64,000 bases of DNA from Mytilus californianus (taxonomy: Eukaryota), in assembly GCF_021869535.1 (NCBI RefSeq), contig NW_026262723.1:63984001-64048000 (forward strand), in the 5' to 3' direction. This document shows positions 36,315 to 50,800 of this stretch, piece by piece. The position numbers and the translations under genes were made by a program. The notes below the pieces were generated by a model. The model was given only the letters and a program-made list of their open reading frames with translations, did not search any database and was not told the origin of the DNA. The first letter of the stretch is position 1; each line of letters starts with the position of its first letter.

Positions 36315-38843
36315 TCAAGTAAGACTTTTCAAGATATCTACAAGTTTCTTTCTATTTCTAACTCTTGTTTTTTCACCCTTTTTCTTAAAAATCAATTCTT
36401 TTATATCATTATCACTAAGATTTTCAATATCTAACTCATTTACAGTACTAGAACTTTCAACATGACCTGCAGCAAAAATCTCATCATCAATTTGCTTTCG
36501 TCTATCATGTCTACTAGTGAAAATATTATTTTCCCACCATTCTGATTTTTTAACATATTGCCGTTTAGGCCTAGCTACATTTTCTGCATGATTAAACTCT
36601 AACCTCTTTCTGACTTGCAAAGCCTCAGAGGGACCGTCCCATTTGGAACATTTACGTTGATGAATTGTCTTAATTACATCGTTATTTTTCTCAACACCTT
36701 GGTTCGAAAACCTTTTCAAAGAACCATATTTTGAAATAAAACAAGGTACATGGTAGATAAGACAGTGCATATAAGGTGTTACATTACATTTTAAATACCC
36801 TTGTCTCTCGATGGACAAAAAAAGTTCCATCCAACTCTTAATTTTACAAAATATATCAAATCCAGTTACATTTTCACATTCTTTGCTACATACAAATAAA
36901 TAAATGGCATAAAAATCCTGCCATACCTTTACAACCTTTTCTTTTGTATCAGTGTTCAGAACATCTGAATTTAACAATTTGTCTGGCAAATATTTTAACA
37001 ATTTAATTTTTTCACCACCAGATAAGCTGGTCCATTCTAAGTCGTTGCTACCCTTTGGTGTCCAAATATGGAAAACAACACCGCAACTTTGTACCAAATC
37101 TTCAAAATTGTCAATATTCACTGGTTTACAACCACTTTTGATTTCTTTTCTGATTTTATCATCTTTGTTTTTGCAATCATCTATCAAATTTCTTAATAAA
37201 ATGTCAGTTACCCTTAACATCAGATGCAATTCATCAGGTACATAGTGATCAACCCCAATTTCTAATAATGGTTTATGCTTGACACCAAACTGACTTTTAC
37301 TCTGACTACTCAGTGTAACAATTTCATCTATTGAACGCAACATATCTACATTATGGTAAAAATCCCATGCTTTGGAAGTGTCAAATCTGTTGTCTTTGTG
37401 AACTTTGCACCAAGGACAGGCAAAATTACCTGTTGACCCACCTAAACCAAGTAAAATTTGAATAAATTTCATATCCCCACCCACAAAAATGTCTAAATCA
37501 ATATTGTGATCATCAACAGAAATGACTTTTTCCTTAGCTAAAACACTTAGCTGCTCAAAAAGAGGTTTACAAGAAGACCTAAGGTTTTCATAATTCTCAC
37601 TACATTTAACTACAGCTACTGTATTTAAATCATTACAAGATAAGCTACATGTATCATCACTTGATAAAACCTGAACAGAAAAAATTACAAAGTTTGAAAT
37701 TCTGCTCACACGAGCACCATCACCTGAAAATTTAATGTCTAATTTGTTTACATTTGATAAATTCTGAAAGTTCTGCTTTATAACTCTTTTCAACTCTGTA
37801 TCTAAATTAATCATTGCCCCTGGCATGTTACCAGGTAACCTCTCTAAGTGAAAAATTTTGTTTATGTCATTTCTACTTTGAACCACAATATATTTTCGAG
37901 GCATGTTATCGAACAGCATTGAAAATTCATGATACGCGGAATCACTCACACAAAATTTGTCTAATAAAAAAACCAATTGTCTCAAATTGTCTTTCTCGCT
38001 TGCTTGTAGAGTGTCATAGCTGTCTTGTGATGGGGAGTTGCTCAAATTCAAGGAAACTTTTTTACCAGCATCTGATATACAGTCTAATTTAGTAGGATTC
38101 AAGCCAAAAGTGTTTGCAAAACACAATGCCTTTTCAGCATAGCTTTCTAATGTTTTCAACTTCCGGAGTCTTTGCCTTGGTTGTAAATCATCAAACTTTT
38201 TTCCACTATTAGAATATTGCTGTTTTTCGATGTTCTCTATATATGTGGTCAGTGTTGAATTTCTCTTTAAAATATATTCTATTTGGTCAATACATGTGTC
38301 TAAATTTTCAGCAATGTCTGCACTCTGATTTTGTTCACTTAACAATAAGTTAAAAAGATCTTTGCATTTTTTTTCAAGCTCTACTTTTTCATGGTTGAAT
38401 TCAGATATTCTGCAATTTAAAGAAGCTACATTTTCTAATTCACTCTTAAAAATGGTAATGTTGTATAACTTGTTGTCATACTGGTATCTCTTTGACCCGC
38501 TGCGGTATTTTACCTTGTAATCATTGTAAACTTTTGAACAGAGGCGATTTATATGTCTCTCAACTCTACCACTTGGCAAAAACTGGAGAAATGTCAATTG
38601 AGAATTTATTACAGCAATAAAAGACAATCCTGTATCTTCAGAGGTGTTAAGCAATCTCAATAAAAATTTACTACTAAGTTGTAACGTTAATGCTACTGAT
38701 GTTGAATCTACAGATTGTTTATTAACATGATATGGAGTCTGTTGAGATGTGAAGCTAACGGAATTTTGAAACTTTTGTAGCGAAAGAGGAGACAAAAAGT
38801 CAGACATTGTTAAAAAAGTCAAAAGCACCAAAGAGTGAAACAT
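36315..38843 (-). CDS. RAG1/Transib-like DDE transposase, 842 aa, uninterrupted ORF
   Basis: Motif order matches the RAG1 core: KFSGD375GARVS, VGGD457MKF, FAC476PWC479, VPDELHLMLR, TPYMH693CLIYH698V, SNQGVE718KNN (mouse RAG1 D600, D708, C727/C730, H937/H942, E962). An NBD-like FDDLQPRQRLRKLKTL segment lies upstream and a short helical tail at the C-terminus. Confidence 0.88.
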   Translation of the reverse strand: MFHSLVLLTFLTMSDFLSPLSLQKFQNSVSFTSQQTPYHVNKQSVDSTSVALTLQLSSKFLLRLLNTSEDTGLSFIAVINSQLTFLQFLPSGRVERHINRLCSKVYNDYKVKYRSGSKRYQYDNKLYNITIFKSELENVASLNCRISEFNHEKVELEKKCKDLFNLLLSEQNQSADIAENLDTCIDQIEYILKRNSTLTTYIENIEKQQYSNSGKKFDDLQPRQRLRKLKTLESYAEKALCFANTFGLNPTKLDCISDAGKKVSLNLSNSPSQDSYDTLQASEKDNLRQLVFLLDKFCVSDSAYHEFSMLFDNMPRKYIVVQSRNDINKIFHLERLPGNMPGAMINLDTELKRVIKQNFQNLSNVNKLDIKFSGDGARVSRISNFVIFSVQVLSSDDTCSLSCNDLNTVAVVKCSENYENLRSSCKPLFEQLSVLAKEKVISVDDHNIDLDIFVGGDMKFIQILLGLGGSTGNFACPWCKVHKDNRFDTSKAWDFYHNVDMLRSIDEIVTLSSQSKSQFGVKHKPLLEIGVDHYVPDELHLMLRVTDILLRNLIDDCKNKDDKIRKEIKSGCKPVNIDNFEDLVQSCGVVFHIWTPKGSNDLEWTSLSGGEKIKLLKYLPDKLLNSDVLNTDTKEKVVKVWQDFYAIYLFVCSKECENVTGFDIFCKIKSWMELFLSIERQGYLKCNVTPYMHCLIYHVPCFISKYGSLKRFSNQGVEKNNDVIKTIHQRKCSKWDGPSEALQVRKRLEFNHAENVARPKRQYVKKSEWWENNIFTSRHDRRKQIDDEIFAAGHVESSSTVNELDIENLSDNDIKELIFKKKGEKTRVRNRKKLVDILKSLT

Positions 38844-38880
38844 AACATGTGGTTTCTGGATAAAATATAATGTTAATTAT

Positions 38881-41800
38881 TCATAATGTGAAAGCGGTTT
38901 TTGAAGACGTGATGACTATCTTCTCTACAGGAATCTTTTTTGCTGATACAATTGTATTGTTGACATCTGGCAGGAACACCTTTTTGAATGTAACAGTTGG
39001 TTGCACTTTGAGTGGAAACTCTAATATTATACCCTGTCCATGAACATTGAGCTTTTTCTCCCAGTGGCAAGATAAAGGTAATTTGTCAAAGTCTGCTTTT
39101 ACAACGCTCTTGGTCTTTAAACAGCCAAACAGGTATTGGTATACATCTGTTGGAAAAGATAAAACTGTCCTACAGTTACGTGAGGTAAGTCTGGTGCTGA
39201 TAGCGTCCTCAAAAAGTTGACTATAAATCTTTAAACACTCATCACTTATGGTTGGATTGATGAATTTGTTGAAATCAGTTTCTGGAATATGCTGTCTTGG
39301 TTCCCAAGTTGTGTCATGAAGTGCAAATCCTTTCCATTTTACAAGGTACAGTTCACCCTGAAAAAAAATTAAAAAATTAATACTTAGTCAAAATAAAATG
39401 TTATCACAGAGATATGTCTCGCCTTTTTGTAATTTTGATAATACAAATGTTGACTCTGCCACCAACAGCATTAATATCTATGTCGTACTTTCTGACGGGA
39501 CAACAAACCAGAAGAAACACTGCCTTATGATAAGGGCATAACAAACAGTTTTGAAGAGATGCCAAGTAATGCTTAATATTTGACTGTCTACTCAAAAATT
39601 GTTGTCGGATTCAAATGTCACAATTATATTCAACAGAAGATACTGTATATGTTACCAAGAAACAAGTTTTATTGAGTTTAATAGCAATAAAAATTTAAAT
39701 TGCTACACATGGTATAGCTAGCACAATAAGACCAAGCTTTGAGCTAAAAATCAAATGTGTCCCATGATGTAGCTGTCAAGAAAGTCAACGAAAATATTTA
39801 AGATGAAGAGGACTGATAGCGATTCCAATATGTGGCTTCTAAGTAATGCATGCAATGTAATAAAAATTTCTTAGTCCGAGAAAAAAAATTAACTTGTCAA
39901 TTGAGTAGTACATCTATAACAATGGGTATGAATCTCACAACTCAAAATATGATTTATAAAGTACCTATTAATTATTGTTTTTCCTAAATATTTTCAAATA
40001 CATGGATTAACTTCAGAAGCTTCTGTGGTAAGCCTGTTTTCTTTAAAAACATTTATTGGGTGGTATTTATTTCTTACAATGTATTTTATTTACAATGTTG
40101 TAAAATTGAAATACATAAAGTTGATTTTGGAATAGACATGTATAATTATTCCAGAAAATTATAAAAAAAATTATTAAAATTTAATGTTGTATTAATCAAA
40201 GAGAAATAAAGCTAAAAAGTTAAATTCAGTCCAACATTCAATTTTTTCCATTTTTTTTGGAGAACAGAAGAAAATATAATACTTTTATTAAATTTAAATA
40301 AATACAAATAAATCATTTTATTTGAAGTCAATTAAGAGAATTAAGGGATTTACTTTCTTTAATTTAACAGACGAGGTAACACTGTGTAATAGTTTAAGTA
40401 TGCATGTGTATATTGTCAAGTGACAGATGCAACACACCTGAGGACATATCAACAGGGGGTAAACCTTAATATAACAGGATGTTACTTGTCAGGTGTGGTA
40501 AACAGGATGGTAATTGAGTGTTTATAAAATCTGACCAGGCACCTGAGGTCTGATAGTAGTTTCTGGATGGGGAATTAAAACAAAAATTCATTCTGCTTTT
40601 TCTGTTAATTTTTAAGATTTAAGCTGAATTTTGTATGCATATAAATAATACTCAGCTTTTTCTGATTCTGTACATTTTACCAAATTAATTTATGTATTGC
40701 TTTAATGATATTAACCACAACTATTTAAAGCTTTTTTATATCTATTGCATAGTAGTGGCATATTGGCCAGCGGTAAATAGCTCAGTGGAAAATTTCAAAC
40801 ATTTACATGTCACATTTTAATTAATTGTATATGGATACAAACTCATAAATATCATAAAATTGGGCTTCTTTAGCAGTGGTGGATCATAACTTTACTAAAG
40901 GAGGGGGGGGGGTTCCCTCTCAGTTAAGGGGGTCGCTCCAGTCATGCTTCAGTGATTCCATATGTTATCAGAATGTAGGACAGAAAGTCACAGGACAAAA
41001 AGTCACAGACAAAAAGTCACAGGACAAAAAGTCACAGTTCAGTTTTGAAATTATTTTTCTTTGAATAAGAAAAAACTTATTTTAAAAAAACATTTTTGTA
41101 TTTTTCTCTAACTATTATATATAAAGCAACTTTGTAATTAAAATCTTTTTAATAAATATCAAAAATTATCAAATAATTGTTAAGAAAACAAAGTGTCAAA
41201 GTGGCTTGGTACTTATATGGCTTCATGGTGCCATGAAATATATCCTTTGCATGATTAAAATTTAATAAATTTTCATTTATCAAGGCTAATGAACAATTTC
41301 ACAAACTGTAAAATGAATATATGGAATAAAAAGAAAAAAATCAAGATCTTTCTCTTATATATTCAAACAATTGTCAACAAATTATTTGTGACTTTTTGTC
41401 CTGTGACTTTTTGTCCTATCAAATTTGTGACTTTGTGTCCGGTGACTTTTTGTCCTGTGACTTTCTGTCCGTTTACGATGTTATCACAACCACACTGAAA
41501 AGGGGGGTGAGGGCTTGGCTTGGATGTGCCTATGTTAAGAATAAATAGATGGAAACCTATGAAATAAGCATTGATGTCTCACCTCTATACATGTATATAT
41601 AATTTTAAGATGTAAAGATGTGATATGATTGCCAGTGAGACAACTATTCAAGAATTATAACAGAAAGTCAAAGGACAAAATGTCACTATTCAGTTTTGAT
41701 ATTTTATACCTTTATAATTTTGCTTGGTTAAGACTTAATAATGTTTTGACTCTAGTATGAAGTTATGAAACACTACCTTTAAAGATGCACTTAAAAATGG

Positions 41801-44800
41801 TATATAAAATAATTAACAATCTTCATTAAAGTGTCTGGTTTAGAAAAGCAAATGGTACAGTTATCATATGCATAGACTATGAATCTAAATTAAGAAGCTG
41901 AAGTAAATAGTGTATAGTGGGTCAATATTCTATAAGAACAGAGGGTTTGTCATGTGTTGGAATGGGGGATGACATTTATGTGTCAGTTATAAGAGACAGT
42001 AACAGTTAAGACATTTTAAGCCTTTTAAAATTGGGTGGGCACTAAACACATGAAGATCGAGTTTTAAAATGTCACACAGAATAAATATGAAGTATATATA
42101 TATATGTTTGTGGTTTACCATCTTTGCCGCAAGTTTATTGTTTTCTGTTTGGTATTAAATTAATATAATGATCCATTTTGTTACATCTTGTGATCAATTT
42201 ATTTGGCAATCGTCAATGGCTGTCAGCAGGGTTTAAGAACATCAGTTGTTCGACCTGTTAGTCAAATGTGTTTTGTTAAAATATGCTTTTTCACTTTTTT
42301 TGGTCTTTTGGAAAATATTTAGACCCCTCTATCATGAAATCTGTTTTAGGCACATATAAAAATTGCAATCATAGCTATAGGTTTGAACATTGTTTTCAAT
42401 TTAGACTTGTTTTATAATATATATATATATAAAAGATGTGGTATGATTGCCAATGAGACAACTCTTCATAAGAGACCAAATGACACAGAAATTAACAACT
42501 ATCGGTCACTGTACAGCCTTTAACAATGAGCAAAGCCCATACCACATAGTCATCTGTGAAAGGACAAAAAAATGACAAATGTAAAACAACTTATAAGGGA
42601 AACGGCCTAACATTAATGTAGAACAAAATGAACGAAAAACAAATATGTAACACAGCAACAAACGACAAGTAATAAATTACAGGCTTCTAACTTGGGAAAG
42701 GTACATACAGAATGTGGCAGGGTATAACATGTAATTAAGCTGGTTCCTAACCCTCTCCATAACCTTGGACAGTATTGTAACCTTAAAAAGGGGGGGGGCT
42801 ATTTCAATACTTAATTGATAGTGGGTGCCGCTCAGGTTCTGTTACCAAAAAGTACCTAACCCTTTTCATATAATATAGAAAAATGTATACCTTTTTATTG
42901 AGTAGGTAAAAATGTAAACTTTTCCCACATTCTTTGGGTTTCATGTGTAGTGTAATGTACATTGTAAGAGTCAAATACCAAAAGGTAAAAAGAGAAAAAT
43001 TGGTTGATAAAAACAGCTGGGAATTCCAAGAAAGATGACAGACGAAGAAGTTATGGGAACTTTATTGACCTAATCATATATTTCTTTTAGTTGTCCGAAC
43101 CAATTCACATATTTTTTAGCTTAAAAAGGTGATGTGTATTCCACCTTGTTTATAAGAAGTGCCCTCTCCTGGTTCATGTGGTTATAACAGTACAACATAA
43201 GTACACACTTTAAACTAGACAAAGTGATCCCCCACCCCATCTCTACTCTGAAAGTAACTGTATTATAATAAAGTCAATGTGAGACTTTCTTTGAGATATC
43301 ATTGTGTCTGAGAGACACAAATGATGCCCTACAGATACAAAGTTTTTTACTTAAAAATACACAATAGTTGAGCATGGGAGCACATAGGATTATGTTCTCT
43401 GTAGGATTACATCTTATACAATAAATACTCCAAAATATCTGTACAAACAGCCAGCAAAGTAAAAACTTCCTAGCATTCAAACTGTTACGGAGGAGTTATC
43501 ATGAAATGCTATGTACCTTTTATGCAAGTATATACTCCACAAAATAAAAAGTATGTATGTTTCCCCTCCCCCCATCCGGATTAAAAATAAGTCCCCTAGT
43601 CAAAAACTTATATTCCACAAAAAAATTGAAATAATTCTTATTCCTGAAAATAATTTGTTTCCATTTTTGAAAAGTGCTTGAAAGCAAAAGGATTGATAAT
43701 CTAAATAAATACACTCAAATTGAGCATAAACAACTGATAAGTCAAACCATTCATGTGACCAGTGTATGACATCTAGTTAAAAAAAAATGACCTGCCTTCC
43801 TGGTCTGTTTACAAAGGGTAGAGGCTGGGGAGGGGAAAAAGACATTCTTTTAAATGTGGCCCAAAGTTCAACAATCTCCCAAAGAAAAAGTATTGATAAA
43901 AAAAAAGACAGATGTATGGAGAGGAGTAAAACAATATGTCCCCCAACTTACAGTTGTGGGGGCATATATTAATCAGTTAATAAGGCTTAACTCACCAGAA
44001 TGAGATGGATACAAATAGAAAAACATATAACAAAAACATAGAGTGGATGTGGCCTTGAACTTGTACTTTTCAACATTTAACAGACAATAAGTACAGATCT
44101 GAGAGTACTTGCAGTTACTGACTGCGAGTTCAAAGCCAATAACAATTTAAAAAAATCATGCATCAAGACTTAATTATCTATCGGTACACATACATGTTAT
44201 GATGAATCTTATACATGTTATATATTTACCAATGGTATATAAAACACTGTATCTGAACTGATTTAAATGTTTATGTCTAACTGATTTGCTAATATATATG
44301 TAAGTTAAATGAACACGTGTATTTATACACATCTAATATGCTGAAAGAATAATTTACAGAATAAAATTGATGGGAAGTCAGATTTTTTTATACGACCGCA
44401 AAAAATTTTTGCGGTCGTATATTGGTATGATCGCAAAGAATTTTTGAGGTCGAATATTGGTATGACGTTGGCGTCGTCATGCATAGACACATTGGATTTC
44501 GCACAATAACTTTAGTTTAAGTGAATGGATCTCTATGAAATTTTACCATAAGGTTCAATACCACAAATGAAAGGTTGGGATTGATTTTGGGGGTTATGGT
44601 ACCAACAGTTAAGGAATTAGGGGCCAAAAATAAGCATTTATGTAACTTCCAGACAATAACTAGTGTGTTAGTGTATGGATCTCTCTGACATTGTACCACA
44701 AGGTTCAATATCACAAAGGGAAAGCTGGGTTTGAGTTTGGGGGTAATTGCCCTAAACGTTTAGAAATATGGGGCCAAAAAGGGGTGAAAAAAAACAAGCA

Positions 44801-47800
44801 TTTTTCTAGTTTCCAGACAATAACTTGTGTTCAAGTGTATGGATCTCTCTGAAATTGTACTGCAAGGTACCTTACCACAAAGGGAACGCTGGGATTGAGT
44901 TTGAGGGTGATGAGTCATAAGGGGGTTCAAAAAAATTGGGGGGGGGGATTTTTTTTTCCATTTTAAGACTTACGATGTATTTAAATTGGTAATTATGATT
45001 GAAAACTCCATTGGAAATTTGAATTGAGATTATGAAATATCTTGGGGAAAAAATTTTTTTTTGGAAAAGATATTTCTTCAAATATTTATTCTTTTTTTTA
45101 TTGAGGGGGGGGGGTCAATACACAAACAACATAGTGTATTTCAAGAAAGCCAAAAAAAGGGGGTTAATTTTTTTTTTTGGGGGGGGGGGGTTGAATTTCG
45201 CAACAGCATAGTCATGATAGTGTATTGCACAAAAGCAAAAACTGAATATAAATTCAAATCATATAACCAATTCTAAGTTCTTTGACTACAGTTATTTGGT
45301 GTCAGAAACCTATTATGTGTCAAATATTTAATTACAATCCAAATTCAGACCGGTATCAAGTGCAAATATTGTGTCCATTTTTGCCCCAACTGTTCAGGGT
45401 TGGACCTCTGCGGTCGTATCCAGCTGCGCTCAACGAAGCATTTTATTTTTTTTATAGTTGACTTTTTTTATTTAAGAAGTTACTTTTAAATTGCAACTAA
45501 TAAACAATGTTACCATGTAGAGTTTTTCTTGTAATATTGCTGTCTCCATGACATTTTCCCCAACTATATTTAATTCAAGAAGAAAACATTTTTAAACTAG
45601 GATTGAAGGCCAGGGGTTCACAAGAAGGAAACATAAGCAGTTATTTCTTGTCTTAATAGATCACCATATATCTTGGATTGTAATATAGCAGTAAAAGAAC
45701 ACTATTTCTTTTCCTGATTCTGCAAATTTTGAGACAGAACTGCAATTCCTGAAAAGGACTCTTATTTTAACTTACAAAAAAGTAATAAGTATAATTTTAA
45801 CATGCGTTTTGTTTAAACAGACTATTAGACTTTGTTCAATTAAATTTTTGATGTAACATTAATTAAATTTTCAATAGCAATTTATACTCAAAATTTGACA
45901 ATTCTGACCAACTTTTATTTGAAAAATTATCAGCCTGATGAGAGACTTATTCTTTTTAAAAAAGCATTATGAAAACTAAGTATTAAAAAATGTTAAAAGA
46001 GAAATTATTTAGTTATGATCTACCAACATACTGAAAGTTTTCCATCTGTTGAATTGGTGTTTTATATTTTAACCTTTGTACTTTATAATTGTATACTTAA
46101 AGAAACTATTAAATTGTAGCCACAATCACATCCCCACTGTGGAGTTAACTTATGGTTTATGTTTTACAAGCCCACTTCTAATGTTTTAAAATTAATTTGG
46201 ATCCATGAATTGTTATATATAGCAGTACATGAGCACTCTTTTTATATATACATGTATCTGCAAATTTTGAGACAGCAAAAGGGGGGCCCTTTTTCTTCTT
46301 CAATATTATGGAACTGCCCCAAAGTTATTTTATGTATTGGAACATAAATTATTTGTATCATTGTTCAATAATGAGTCTTGCCACTTTATGTTAAATAAAT
46401 GTATATTCTGAATGGACACTACATGCATGTACTTCATAGACAACCACTTTATACCATGTATACCCTTTAAAGTTTAAGCATGTTAAATAAAAAAATATTA
46501 AATCTTTACTTACATAAAAGTTTTCTTTTCTTTTATGGTAACTCTTCTTATGAATAAATGTTTATTTTCACTAATCACTCAAAACTCAAGTTATAAAATC
46601 CTTGAAAAATATTCACAAACTCATCACCCAAGTCTAGTTTATAACAATTATAATATTCTTCTGTAAAATTTAGCAGTTCACTTGAATGCTTTGAGAAGAT
46701 AACTGAATTTTTTAAATTAAAACCCTTATTTAATATAGTTGAAAGGATGGCATTGTCTAGACGAATATCCTCCAAAAGTGAAAAGCTTTGTCTCACATGT
46801 GTGCAACTGCCATAAAGGGGGGACCCATATTTTTTAGACAGTCATAAAATATCAACTTGGTAGAATATTTGCATATTGGCATGGCATTTCTAATAAACGA
46901 AGCCATAAAGTTATGACAGTTATTCACTTTGTATATAACCAATTCATATAAATGTTACAAAGTAAAATTTTGGAAATGAGTCAAAAGTGATTTATCATAA
47001 TATATCTTGTAAAAAAGAAATATATCAATTGAAAAAAAAAAATTAAAAAAAAAATTGGAATGATCAATTCCCAAATTTTCTTTATGTCATCTTTACATTT
47101 AAATTTAAAACAATTTATAAAGTAAATTTTTTATACATCACACCATGCAAATTAAAAAATTATTATTTTACATCAAGAATATCATATGGTACCGTATAGA
47201 CACTGTAAATTACCTTTGGAAAAAAAGATTATGTCCTCTCTGTATAAAGGAGGTAGAAGATGAATATCATTTTGCTTTAAAATGTCAAATTTTAGAAGAA
47301 TGTAGGCAAAAACTTTTTCAGGAAGTAGAGAGTATAGTTCCAGATTTCATCAAAATGTCTGATGAGGAAAAATTTGCATTTATGTTTACATTTATGAGTA
47401 TGACGTAACTAAAATTATTGTCAAGGGAATTAATGATTTATATGTTTTAATAAATAGCCTAGCTGATAAGAAAAACTAGTCGATGTAACAAAGTTATGAC
47501 TATTTTATATTTTTCTTATAGTATTTGTTATGATATATTTTATAACAATTGCATTATGAATTTTTGTACTTTTACTTTCAAATTTGCAAAAGTATCACCT
47601 CCTCCAAAACATCTAAATATAGTCTTATAGAATATGAATGTTGTTTTAAATTCAAATATTGTATGTTTGTAATGATTGTTATGTTTGTCTTGGTAACAAT
47701 CCAAGATTTGGATTTTATACCAATAAAATGATTTGATTTGATTTGATTTATGGCTTTTTCAATATCACACCTGTATCAACTTAAGGTGGTATGGGTGTCT

Positions 47801-50800
47801 TTCACCATCTTGGATTGTAAAAAGCAAGAGAACCTAAGGTCCAGATTTTCAATCAAGTTAGCAAAATTTGATGAAGCAATGCAGAAAACTAATCTGAATT
47901 TGCATTTAAAAGAACAAATTTATAAGATAATAACTTATAAAAATTAATATTTATTCCAGTGTATATTATTTTTGCTTGATTTTTAATGTTTTTAAATTGG
48001 CATTTTAAGGGGAGGTAATTGTGTAACTGCATTTTCTGAAGGAATCTACATGGAATTTTGCTATTCTATATTTTAGCCAGAAAAACATACGGTGACCCTG
48101 TCTTTTCTTTTGATATTCTCAAAGCATTTTCTTAAAGCTGTAATCTCGAATTTTATTTTACAATGCTATCATTTAGTTTAGATTCTTATCATATGATGAT
48201 GTTTTTTCCTGTATAATCCATACAAAATGTGTCATTTTGTCACAACCTGTAGCTTGAGAAAATGCATGGTGACCTATCATTTTTATTATATTTTTGAATA
48301 TATTTCAATAAAAACTACGTTTTTGGCAAAGTATGAACAAATTCTATCATTTTTATACACCCTTTTACAGGAGTATTTAATATGGTATACAGTTGACTGT
48401 CCATCGTCAACATGTCAGACATTAATTCAAAAACGCTTGTTCCAATATGCATGAAACTTTGGTGAATTAGTTTATATCTATTGACGTGAGCTCCCTTTCG
48501 TTTTTTATAAATTTCGGATTTACCGTTTCCTAATAATAATATAATAAAAAAGATTCTTTTATCGTTTAACATGTGTGATGATGAGGGACTTGTTTTTTAA
48601 TAAATGATTTTAAGATGATTTTATTGAAAAACATATTCTGTAAATTCAGTATTTAAAGTTTTCTTATAAATTCTTTTTTTTTTTTTTTAATTAATCAATT
48701 TTATTGCACCTTTGCTGTTAACAATTTACTCAATCTACAGCTTCAATTAAGTATCCCTTTAAATTAGTTATTGAATATCTAGGGAAAGATATTCAATAAA
48801 GTATATCTATAAAGTAAGTTATATTAATACAGATCAATACATTAGAACAATTCTACATAATTTTTGTTTTTTTACCGGAATACGGTACGTTTCTTAACCT
48901 ATACTGTATATGATTTTTTTATCAAAGCTTCACTGAACCGCGAAATTGATGATGTATTGATCTTTGATACTGATAGCATGACTCTTCAGTCGACAATAGA
49001 ATTTTGAACTTAAAACTTTTTGTTTTGTTTACAACACTGAATTATATAAGAAGTCTTGGATGATGAGGTAAAAATGTTTTTTTTTTCACACATTATTTTT
49101 TAACAGTAAATGTTGATTTCTATGATAAAGCCGAAGATCGAAAGTTGATCGAAAGTACACGTGGTCTTCAAATTATACATGTATGCAGTAACGTTGCATT
49201 GTGTTGTGTATTCTGCTCGCTCTCCTGCTGATTATAATTTTGCATTGTGAACAGGAATAAACATATTTAATAACAATTCTAATTCAGTGTAGCTGCAAGG
49301 ATTTGTATAGTGAGCTCACTATACAAATCCTTGGTAGCTGTAATAAATTATAAAAGAGTAAAATTGCAAATTTCAGTTAATGCACACCAATTGACTGGAC
49401 ACATGTGCAGTCATGTATTAATGAGGTCACAGCTAAGACTTGTATCTAATAATTGTCATTTCATTTAAAGGAATTCGAAATATTCCCTTGTTTTAAGTAT
49501 TATTTTCTTGTTTTTTTTGCTTCTGATTTTATTTATGTTTATAATGTCCCAGATTTCATTTTTGAAGATTTTGAAGATATCAATGACCTTATCTTTCTTG
49601 TCAGACATATAATATGCTTTATAGATGGAAAAGAAAATTATAGTTAATAGATAGTTCATATCAAAATAAGCTTCATCATCAATTTTATAGCCAGTTACTA
49701 AACTTTCAAGACTAAGTATATGCTTATCAATTTTTAAAAATGCTAATAGCTGGTCAACTTTATGCCAATAATGAACATTATATGAACAGGAAAAAAAGAA
49801 GTGTTTATAATCATCATGTTGCTTACAATAGAAGCACAAACCACTTGGTACTATTTTCCATTTATAAAGTAATTCATTACAGGCTAATATATAATGTATT
49901 ATTTTCCATTTAAACATTTTAAATTTGTTGTTTTCAAGGTAGTTAAAAATAAAGTTAAATGTGGACTTCAATTTTGTAGTCATTTTTTTATGAAGAATTC
50001 TTTCCCACATTAAAACTCCTGTCGGTTAATCATGTGTAAATTGACTTTGCAAGAAAGTATATACTTCTTTGTTACTCATATCTGGTGAAATTTCATGTTT
50101 TAGTAGTATATTTAACTTCACTGATGTTTTTATGTTGACAACAGTTTTGTAAGAGCTTTCTTGTTTTAAAATATTTTGCCAGTGCTTTGGTATAGCTTTT
50201 TTAACTAATGAAAATTTTCTAATCCAATCTTGTTTATTCTTTAAATTTTTTAGTACAGTTTCTGATGATATGTATCCGTTTTCATCTAATATATTATTGA
50301 TGTACAAAATATTACTATTAATCCAGTTTTGAAAGAACAAACATTTCCCATTTTCTTTGATAAGATGATTTCCCCATATAAGTTGTTTTCTAACCTGAAG
50401 AAAGTTTCTTGGTATGATTGTTTGGCCTCCTTTTATTTCTACCCATGTTTTAATTAATTGTTTATAGAATTCAGGTAAAGATTTATAATCTATTTTATTA
50501 AGCAAATTAACATTTGTTAAATTCATTCTGAATAAAAGAAAATCTTTCCCAAATTTATCAAGGTAAAATCTTGGAATAATTTTCCAGTTATCATTTTCCT
50601 TTTTGATTAGTTTTAAAACCCATCTGATTTGTAATGATTTAAGATAGCAGTCTAAATCAATCATTTGTAATCCTCCCTCAAGATATGGTTTACATAATAT
50701 AGTACGTTTAACTTTATCTTTTTTTCCACTCCATATAAAATTATATATTAAATTCTTGAACTTTTGCTTTATTTCCTGTGTTATTATCATACTTGATGCA

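Noticed and set aside
36952-38092. Plus-strand ORFs of 97 and 92 aa
   Set aside because: Antisense shadows of the transposase ORF.
36315-38843. Calling the ORF RAG1 itself or a ProtoRAG element
   Set aside because: No RAG2-like gene, no RING/zinc N-terminal region of RAG1, and the termini lack the CAC heptamer; only RAG1-like fold membership is supported.
46575-46960. 73-aa ORF and an adjacent frame inside the 14-kb intron, a possible gene remnant
   Set aside because: Needs a frameshift to join, has no convincing motif and no in-phase splice sites linking it to the chromodomain exons.
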